From Rotaria socialis (taxonomy: Eukaryota), in contig CAJNYD010000314.1 in assembly GCA_905331295.1 (NCBI GenBank), positions 1 through 64,000 of the forward strand: a stretch of DNA of 64,000 bases. The letters are read 5' to 3'. This document shows, one piece after another, positions 54,535-64,000 of this stretch; within the stretch, counting starts at the first letter, position 1, and the number at the start of each line of letters is the position of its first letter. A program made the position numbers and the translations under genes. The notes beneath the pieces are model-generated. The model was given only the letters and a program-made list of their open reading frames with translations, did not search any database and was not told the origin of the DNA.

Positions 54535-55727
54535 ATGGCTTTTTTCAATCGTTTATGGACATTTTTTAGTGGTGACACTAAACAACTACATAAACAAGCA
54601 GATGTATTAAAAATTGGAATACTCGGTGCAGCTAATATTTGTAATATGGCATTAGTTAACCCGGCAAGTAAATTATCGAACATTCTAATCTATGGCATTG
54701 CTGCCAGAAATCGGCCAAAGGCTGAAGCATTCGCAAGAAAACATCATATACCAAAAGTAATGTTTTGATTATAAAGATTTTGTTTTTGAAATTTGTATTT
54801 TAGGTTTATGATAATTATGATGAATTATTAGCTGATCCAGATATAACTGCGATTTATAATCCATTACCAAACGGTCTGCATTATCAATGGACAATGAAAG
54901 CTTTACGTTCAGGTAAACATGTACTTTGTGAAAAACCATTATCAAATAATGCAAATGAAGCACGTGAAATGGTTGAAGAAGCTAGAAAACAAAATCGTCT
55001 ACTAGTCGAAGCATTTCACTATCGATATCATCCAATGTGTAATGAAACTTTGAGAAATCTTCTTTCAAATAAAGATCGAATTGGTTCTATACAAAATATC
55101 TCCGCTGTTTTTACTGTTGCAGCTAGCTTTTTAAAACATGACGATATTCGTTTTCAATATTCTCTTGGTGGTGGAACTCAAATGGATCTTGGGTGTTATG
55201 TAGTATCTTCGTGTCGATTTATTGTTAATACCTACAACAATCGTAATGATGATAATGAAGGTCCATTTGAAATTCAAAAAGCCGAAGCCTTACGAGTATC
55301 TCCAACTAATCCTCAAATCGATTATGGCATGCGAAGTGATTTAATATTAGATGGAATAAAATGTAATATATATTGTGAATTTACTAATAATTGGTCAATT
55401 ACTAAGCAACAAATAACCATCGAATGTGAACATGCTATAATAACCGTCGGTTATTTTATTGCTCCGGTTTTTTATCATTATATAACTGTACATGATCGAC
55501 GTGGCAATCAAACGCGTACAATAAAAAATTATGGAGATAATCAATCAACTTATTATTATCAATTAAAAGCATTTGTAGACGCTGTAAAAATTGCTCAAAA
55601 TGAAAGTTCTATGGATCGAGCGTATGAAATAGCGTATACAACTGGAAAAAGTGGTATTCGTAATATGGAAATCATTGATGAAATCTATCGTAAAGCTGGA
55701 CTCGTTGTACGAGGAACTGAAATTTAA
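54535..55727 (+). CDS. Gfo/Idh/MocA family NAD(P)-dependent oxidoreductase, 2 exons
   Basis: Exons 54535-54756 and 54804-55727 (47-nt intron). KIGILGAANI, YNPLPNGLH, GKHVLCEKP, EAFHYRYHP, GGGTQMDLGCY. Confidence 0.9.
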
Positions 55728-55784
55728 TTACACGATGATTTATTTGATGACAGAAGTCGCTGTTTGTATTGATCTAAAGAAATT

Positions 55785-58464
55785 TCATTTTTTTAAATAC
55801 TTCTTTACGACGAAATCTTTTTTGTCTGTGATCTTTTTACTGAGAATATTTTGCTCTGGAATCCATTGGATTTTTTCGAAGTTATGACTATTGATAGTTG
55901 ATTGTTTTTTATGATTACTTATTTTTGAAATTTCATTTTCATTTGGTTTATTTGCTTGAAGATTTTTTATATATGAATTACGTATGAAAGTTTCACTGGG
56001 AAAAATATCAAGAAAATCTTGACGAAGTTTTTCGAATATCACTGGAGCAAAAGAACCTAATTTTTCAAAGCGACGCTTTGGAACTTTGAAATAATAAAAA
56101 AAAATATCCGCGAGATTTCGATTTAAGTACCAACGAATATTACTTGAAACAATATCCACGATACTTCGAGTGAGATACCACGAATGAATTGTTGTTGATT
56201 CGAAACCAAAATAATGACCATTGGAAAGAAGAAATATTTCAAGAAAACGCCATGTAGTTCTTTGTTTCTGTAAGGCGCGCTTTTCATTTATTGTATCATT
56301 GATATTTCTTGGAGAATTTGCATCTGTTAATGGGGATTGATTACTACTTAATGGATCCGACACAAAATTATTAGTCGAATGATGTTGTTCTAAAATTTGA
56401 ATGTAAGCAAATTAGAGACTTAGATTAACTTGAATAGACTATAACAAAATAACTGAGATAGATGTCATCTATGATTTTCGAACCGGAATATATTGTCTAA
56501 TGGGTTCCAAAGGAAGATTCATGACTAACTGCTCAATCAGATGTGAAATCTATGAATCTCCAAAATTATCTTTAGATTAAAATTTCTCAACTGGTCGATC
56601 ACTTTTGAATATACCAACTAGGTAGATTCTACACTTTTTTCTATGTACGGTATGAACTACTTAAACAACGCTTGATTTTCTAAATCAACTTAAACTTTGA
56701 TGGCGACATTCATCTTTCTATTTGCATCTATAATAAAATAAGAACAATCGCGCTGTAGAAATTCCAAAAATCAACGTGCCGGACAAGAACTTCTGCATTT
56801 ATCAACGAGTAATTTCAGATATTTTCTAGTGAATACTTGAAATTACTCGTCCCCCAAGACAAAATTCGAAACCGTATATGTACTACCTTTAGTATTTATC
56901 GTTTTCTTATTTAATTTCTGATAAAATTGACTGTATTCTGGATGTTTAATTACGTTCGATGGAAATTCAAATAGGCGTACAAAAGATATTTGACCATGTA
57001 AAATAAAATATAAATTCTCATGCTCATATTCTTCATTGCCATAAACGATTTCATCGATTGAATATTGTTTGTAAGTCGTCCATTTTAACTACTAGCAAAA
57101 TTTATTTTAATCGATCAAAAATTAACTTACAATATAATTCAAAATATCATTTCGCCATCGAATACCACTAAATATTGATTGCATTCGAAATTGTTCAAGT
57201 AGTGATTGCTTCATTATATCCGATAGATAGTTTCCATAGGTCTGTTATGATATTTACAAAAACAAAAAAGTTAATTAAGAGCATTTTCATTTACAACTTA
57301 CTTTAATATCTCTTGAAAAAAATCCAATTAAATTACAATGAGTATTTTCATTTGTTATTAAACCATTTAAATGATGAAAATCTATTGAACGAAGAGAATC
57401 ATCTCCGTACACATCTCCAATATTCAATCGATGACCAAATAGTGTTTTTTCATTGGTTTCTAGTAACAATAAGCATTGTCCTATAACGTAGAGAAAATTT
57501 TACTATTTTGTTTCTAAATAAAAGTATATCTAAATTACCATAGACAATAATATAAACAAGAAATGAAGGAAAATTTTGACGCGTCAAAATTGTATTTGGA
57601 TTGTGAGTAAAAAGTAAAAGCGAGCGAGCTAAAATTCCCAGATGAACTAGTAATAAAGATTAAAAAAGTCATCATCAACCAGCATAATGACGAACATTAG
57701 TAGGTAAATGACGAAGACTTTCACAACGACTTAATAGATGTTCTAGAACTCCGATATCGCGAGTAGTACGTTGACGTGGCGTCTAAAGTAAAAATAAAAT
57801 TTCTGATGAAACATGATCTAAAACGAACGTTGAAGCGAAAGAATAACGATTTTGATCTCTGCGCTACAAACATTATTCATAGGCAAATATTAATTCGAAG
57901 AACGAAACCTTATTGATTGCTGCTAATGTTGTTTTTGTCATCAAACCTCCGATTCGACGAGAAACTCGAACTGGCTGAATAAAATGTGTAGTTGATTTCA
58001 CTGCTGTTAAATTATCTAAATGAGTTGATTGTGACATTGTTAAATTTGTTTTTGATTCAAATTGAGTGCTCGTTCTAGATGAATAATCAATTGAAGTTTT
58101 ATCGTCTAAAGTCATTTTCGATTCATTATTATCGAGTATTATCGTTGAACGAAATCCTTTTATTGTCGAAAACAAAGAAAAATTTATTAAACAAAATCAA
58201 AGTTATTCATTAATTCGTACGATTATTTTGCGAAGGAAAATTTTTGACTACATTATAAAATTGGAAAAGCGCTCGGCCAACTGATGGACTATCATGAATA
58301 CATCGTTTTAAATGTTCTGCATAATGATTCATCGAATAGACTTTCACATGTTGCTGTTTTTCTAATTCACGTTCGCGAATACATTGTCGAACTCGTTCAA
58401 TAAGACGATTAAAATTCGGTGTTTTATTATATGTATATGATTCTTTATTAACTACGAAATTCAT
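55785..58464 (-). CDS. Cyclic-nucleotide-binding domain protein (CNBD1/2-like), multi-exon
   Basis: Spliced exons give TPRQRTTRDIGVLEHLLSRC..ARSLLLFTHNPNTILTRQNFPSFLVYIIVYGQCLLL..HRLNIGDVYGDDSL, plus a second LSNGHYFGFE segment. 5' splicing unresolved. Confidence 0.6.
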
Positions 58465-60859
58465 ATTTAGTTTTCTTGCCGCGTTTATTAAGCACTAAAC
58501 TTTATCGTTTGTTAATTCAGCGAAGATTACTTTCATTATTTTTCAAATGTTTTCTACTCAGTATCCTGTTAAAGTCGACGTTAATCGCAGAACAAACGGA
58601 GAATTTTTCTTTTTTTTCCATCTAGTCTATAGGCGGTACTTTATTTATCTCAAAGAAAACAATAGATTTACTTATTGCCTGTTGTCTCTTGATAAAGAAT
58701 AGACTTCCGAAAAGTTCTATTCAACTGAAAAATAATTTTTGCATCGCATTTCTGTATATGAGAAAATATCGTTTGTAAAAACACCAGATCTAGTTTCTAA
58801 TATATAGTAGTGATTACATTGTCTATTCGACCTGCAGTGATAAAATCAATTGAATAAAGGATCTTCAACATTCGATTGAGTCTACAGGATTATGAGGCAA
58901 CACAATTATTATAACCCGAATTTCAATCCAAGACGAATCAATGTTTCAATAAGACCTACTTCGATTATGTTAATAAGTAAAAAATACACGGAACTTCCGT
59001 GACATGAAACCATATATTCGAAAAATTGACCTCGTTCTAATTTAAAACAGATAAACGAAATCCTTTTCTGAATTGCATTTCAATGAATTCTATGATTAAA
59101 AAACCATAATGATTGACGTTACGATGTCGAAGTCACAATTTCAAAAGTGAAGAGACTAATAAATCTCCCTAATCTACACATTTGAAAATGTAAAGTTACT
59201 CAAAAATGTTTCAGTAAGATATAGAAATGTATCAAAGGAAAAGTGAGTTTACATTTTTTCTGTAGAGTCAAGTGTTTCGTTTAATTTATTAAAGACTATT
59301 TGAAGTTTTCATCGATTGGATTTTATAAATAGTTCTTTAGAATTCTCAGCTAGTAAATGCTTTGCAGGAATAGCGTTTCGTATCCGACAAATTGTATAAC
59401 ATAAAAGTAATAAGCGAAATTAATCACCATGAAATTTCCAATTTCGTGCTTATTTTCCACATACGATAACGTCAAATTCCTATTTATCTATCAAGTTGTA
59501 ATAAATACAAATTTGTTTAGAGCTCAGATACATTGGGTAATCGGTATAAATACTTTCATACATTTTTATTTGCTCTGAAATTCTTGTAAGAAAATCGTGA
59601 AGTTCTTCTTACTTGAAAACTCTATGACAGAAATAGGATCCATTTTGATCTATCTACAATAAATCTTCGCTAAAATGACAAAGGCTAAAATTCAAAACTG
59701 GATCATTGATTTCAATCAGAAAACTTCCAAAATATTCATTGCCAGGACCCATAAGAAAACATTAGCAACATGCAGTTAGTATTTCTCAAAGTGAAGTGGT
59801 TATAACATCAAAAGAATATAGTTAAGGATACGATGAATCATGTTTATCTCGTGATGTGTGTTGAGGAGACAAGTCAAGTAGCTAGTATTCGAACGAAGTT
59901 ATTTTTAGTAACAAAACAAAAACGAGTCCAATCGGAATGGAAGATACAGCGTGTGTATTTTACTCATGTTGCGAAACAAGGATGCATTCTTTTTTGTTCG
60001 ACGCTGCGCTAAGTTCTTCACTCATGATTACATTTTTGAGTGAAGTGTCAATCGTTGTAAAAAAATGTTTAATAATGCCATTAAGATTTATCATTGGCCT
60101 AGTTTGATCTACTGGATGATCAGGGTAGGTAGTTCTCAATCTCAATCAGTAACGAGAAAAAAACAAATAAAAGTCAATGCATACAATTGCAGTTGAGACA
60201 TCTATCTATCAATGTTATTTTGCTATTCTACTCGCGTTTATTGTTTTCAAAAATGTTACCGTGGCCACACATTTGATATGTAACATGTTAACATCAAAAT
60301 ATTATTATTCCTAGAGAAATAAAAAATTTTCCTTTAATTATATATTGATTAATTGTTTTTCATTTTAGTCTTTGTACTTTTTTGTTTTCAACTCCAAAAA
60401 TAGTTTGCATACATTGAATCAACATCAACAACGTGATTCATAATCATACATTTAAAATGACGAAAAATAGAATTTTGATGAATGACTAATCTTTCGATTT
60501 TTTTGCATATTTCGATTTTCTTCTAGTCATATGCTACTCCTTCTGACTCCGATAAACGTTTCATTTGCGTGCTTTATTTTCCATATAGCGACATCGTTAA
60601 GAATGAATAAAAAACCGCTACTGGCATCGATAGTAGAACTAGTAAAGTAGCGCAGTTGTTCTCCTCGAGAGATGACAAACATACTATTGGAATCAGGTTA
60701 CTTCTTTTCTTACTTTTTTGCGTTCGCTTTTATCGAGGGGTTTATTAGTACATGGAATATATTTTATCATTCGACGACATCGTTTTTATTTACTATACAC
60801 TCTTTGGACTCTAGTGAGATAAATATATACATATTCTATCATTATAGATATCTTTTTCA

Positions 60860-61139
60860 ATGACATCAACAAATTACATATCAGCTACAGAATTAGCTGA
60901 ACAAAATGCTGAAGATACATATGAACAATATGAAAAATACTTCAATGCTGGAAGGTAAATTTATTTACTAAACACTGCGTGTTGACTGACTGTTTGCTTG
61001 CCTTGATAGCGGTGGCAAACAACGTAGTAAAATCGAAGTGGAATTAAATTCTCAACGTCATGATGCCGGTGGTGATACACGAAAAATTGTTACTGCTATG
61101 GCTAACAATGAAAAAAACCGTTTACATGGGCATAAATAA
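60860..61139 (+). CDS. NUPR1: NUPR1/p8-family small nuclear stress protein, 74 aa, 2 exons
   Basis: Exons 60860-60954 and 61010-61139 encode MTSTNYISATELAEQNAEDTYEQYEKYFNAGSGGKQRSKIEVELNSQRHDAGGDTRKIVTAMANNEKNRLHGHK*. GKQRSKxE..H..GG.RKIVT is the p8 pattern. Not in the ORF track. Confidence 0.8.
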
Positions 61140-61325
61140 ATACTTAAACATTTTATCCACTTCTGTCAACATTTATCTTATCATGAACTTTTATCTTGTT
61201 CTAAACTTTAAGACTGTGTAACAGATATTCTTTTTTTCTATTGTCGGCTTGATTTTAAACATATATATATATTTTACGTACACAAAAAAGAAAAGAAACA
61301 AAAAAAAACAACAAATAGCTGCGAA

Positions 61326-62474
61326 ATGATGTTTCGTATGTTTGTTGTAAATATTTTGTTTTTAACAAATATTTATTCGTATGAATTACCTTTCTCAACG
61401 TTGGGTAATTCAATAATTGATGCCAATGGAGCCGTCGTTCGAATGAGATGTGTCAATTGGCCAGGAAGTATGGAGACTTTAATGCCAGAAGGTTTGCAAC
61501 ATAATTCAATCGATAATATTGTTTTAATTATAAAACAAATGAATATGACTTGTGTACGTTTAACATATTCAATTGATGTAACACGGTCATCAGATCTAAC
61601 TGTTTATCAATCGTTATCAAGACTTAATTTAACTTTTGCTCTACAAGGTTTTATGAATAATAATCCGTCACTTATTAACAGTACTGTTTCAAATATATTT
61701 AATACTGTTTTGGATACGCTTGGAAAATATAATATTTTAGTTCTACTGGATAATCATGTTAGTAAAGCTATGTGGTGTTGTAGTGATTTTGATGGAAACG
61801 GTTTTTGGGGTGATCGTTACTTTGATGTTGAACAATGGATAGATGGTTTAAAATTTATGGCCAACAAAACGATTGATCGTCCGTATGTGATTGCAATGAG
61901 TTTACGAAATGAATTACGTGGCGTTAGACAAAATCAACCCCACTGGTATCACAATGTTGTACGTGCTATTCTTGAAGCAATATCATTTGTCAATCCTCGA
62001 CTTTTAATAGTTATTTCTGGTTTAAATTATGATCTTAATCTATCGTTTATTCGATCGCTACCTGTGCAAAATCTTGTACCAATATCTATACAAAAGAAAA
62101 TTGTCTATGAAGCACATTGGTATTCGTGGTCTTATTATGGTCTTTTAAGTGATTGTAATCATATAAAAGATACTATTGAAAATGCATGGGGTTATATTTT
62201 AGAATCTAATTATTCTTATACAGCTCCTGTTTGGCTAACAGAATTCGGTACGAATGTTGATCAATTTCAAGGTGACGATGAATTTATTGATTGTGTAAAA
62301 GGATTTCTTCAAACGCCCTTAACTCAAACTATGTCTTGGTCCTATTGGGTATTAGCTGGTAGTTATTATATTCGATCTGGTACAGCTGAATCACACGAAT
62401 CATTTGGTTTGTTAACTGATGATTGGAAAAATATTAAATCAAAAGCATTTATCGATATTCTTTTAACTTTGTAA
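61326..62474 (+). CDS. Secreted glycoside hydrolase family 5 (plant/fungal GH5_11/GH5_16-like), intronless
   Basis: Signal peptide, CVNWPG, VRLTYS, LDNHVSKAMWCCS..DGNGFWGD, acid/base MSLRNELRG, YEAHWY, nucleophile PVWLTEFG. Confidence 0.9.
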   Translation: MMFRMFVVNILFLTNIYSYELPFSTLGNSIIDANGAVVRMRCVNWPGSMETLMPEGLQHNSIDNIVLIIKQMNMTCVRLTYSIDVTRSSDLTVYQSLSRLNLTFALQGFMNNNPSLINSTVSNIFNTVLDTLGKYNILVLLDNHVSKAMWCCSDFDGNGFWGDRYFDVEQWIDGLKFMANKTIDRPYVIAMSLRNELRGVRQNQPHWYHNVVRAILEAISFVNPRLLIVISGLNYDLNLSFIRSLPVQNLVPISIQKKIVYEAHWYSWSYYGLLSDCNHIKDTIENAWGYILESNYSYTAPVWLTEFGTNVDQFQGDDEFIDCVKGFLQTPLTQTMSWSYWVLAGSYYIRSGTAESHESFGLLTDDWKNIKSKAFIDILLTL

Positions 62475-62575
62475 ACAGAAAAAAAACTGGTAAAATATCA
62501 ACGTTCACAAATATATCAGAGACGAGGAAGAAGAAAAAAGAACATTGAGACGATAGTTTGCTTATTTTTTTCTTT

Positions 62576-63975
62576 CTACTGCATTGTTGGCATTGACATT
62601 TGAACATGGGCTGGCGTTGCGTCTTCTTGTCGCCATGACGAAGTTACTGTTTTTAATTGCGTGTAAAAGTTCATGCCCTGCAAAAACATTAAAATTGCAA
62701 TACAATTAAAAATTTTGGTTGTTTTTTACATTTCGTCCGTAGAAATTTGTGTCACCACGGAATGAACCGCGAGAACCCGTAAATGAAAACATAGGAAGTG
62801 GTACTGGAATAGGAACATTAATGCCAATCTAAATAAAATAGTTTTTGTTTTCGAATTTTTATGAATCAATAAAGCAAGTCAAGTCTATTTACTTGTCCAA
62901 CATCAATTTCTTGAGTAAACTTTCTTGCCGTAGCTCCATTGGTAGTAAAAATAGCTGTACCATTTCCGTACGGGTTATCATTAATAACTTTGATAGCATC
63001 ATCCAATGTGTCGACACTCATTGAAACAAGCACGGGACCAAATATTTCTTCTTTATAGCAATTCATACTTGGCTAAGTAAAAGAATACGTAGATGAAGAT
63101 TTTTCTTATGACAAAAAAATTCGAGTAAACAAAACGAAAATTTACTTTAACTTCATGTAAAATTGTTGGTCCAACAAAATTACCATTTTCATAACCAGGT
63201 ACTTTAACATTTCGACCATCTAAGAGTAATTTTGCACCTTGATTAACACCAGATTCAACTAATTGAAGAATACGTTGTTTTGCTGATTTCGATATAACTG
63301 GTCCTAAATCAGATGTTGGTTCATAACCAGCAGTAACACGTAATTTTTTAGCTTTTTCAACTAAATCTGGAATCCATTCACGTGCTTTACCAACGAATAT
63401 TGCTGTTGACAATGCCATACATCGTTGACCAGCAGCACCAAAGGCTGCACCAACAAGCTAAATGAAAGTAAAATTAGAATGAAAAACAAAAACAATCAGT
63501 TCTTCGATAACATACTTGATTCAATGCTTGTTCTTTATTAGCATCAGGCATGATGACACCATGGTTTTTTGCTCCCTGCAAAATAAAGTTGAATAATAAT
63601 TAAAAACGAAAAGAAAAGACTAAAATTTATGTTCTTTTTTACCATATTACATTGTACACGTTTACCATTCTTTGAACCACGTTCATAAATGTACTTACCC
63701 TAAATCATAAGATTATGTTAGAATAGAATTTTTAACAAAAACAAATAATCTTACAGCTGTATCCGAGCCAACAAATGATATAGCTCTAATGTCTGGATGA
63801 TCACAAATGAAGGTAACAGCTTAAAAACAAAAAACCAAGTCAGATATTTATTTCAATAAATAAGTTTTTCTTACCATCATGTTGACCGTGAATACAATTA
63901 ACAACACCATCGGGAAAGCCAGCTTCTTTTGCCAATTCAACAAGCATCATACATGCACCAGGATCTTGTTCAGAC
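62576..63975 (-). CDS. ALDH6A1: Methylmalonate-semialdehyde dehydrogenase, 3' part (5' end beyond window)
   Basis: [82 protein letters not shown]; ends MPTMQ*. Many short introns. Confidence 0.95.
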
Positions 63976-64000
63976 TAATAATTAACATTAGAATTCAATT

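Noticed and set aside
54535..63975. Gfo/Idh/MocA + GH5 + MMSDH as a remnant bacterial iol-like or sugar-catabolism operon
   Set aside because: ALDH6A1 is intron-rich and animal-like, the genes differ in strand and are interleaved with unrelated genes, and the GH5 looks eukaryote-derived. Co-location is probably coincidental.

Overview
This is AT-rich eukaryotic (metazoan) genomic DNA with many short GT-AG introns of about 45-75 nt. The gene content (ART-TPR protein, GPCR style, foreign-looking enzymes next to intron-rich animal genes) fits a bdelloid rotifer, which is an inference. The left third (1-19 kb) is gene-poor and holds a decayed Harbinger-type transposase, several MITEs, an intact ADP-ribosyltransferase-TPR gene, an ABCG pseudogene fragment and two broken membrane-protein ORFs. 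The middle has JTB and two tandem lysosomal alpha-mannosidase (GH38) paralogues flanking a GPCR; the paralogues share near-identical patches that include whole introns, a gene-conversion signature. The right third is gene-dense: a CD225/dispanin gene, an SLC38A10-like transporter, EXOC2 with an antisense gene nested in one intron, a Gfo/Idh/MocA oxidoreductase, a cNMP-binding protein, NUPR1/p8, an intronless GH5 glycosidase and the 3' part of ALDH6A1. The oxidoreductase and the GH5 look non-metazoan (HGT candidates). No rRNA, tRNA or CRISPR was seen. Gene models were spliced by eye and family calls rest on recognised motifs, not database searches.
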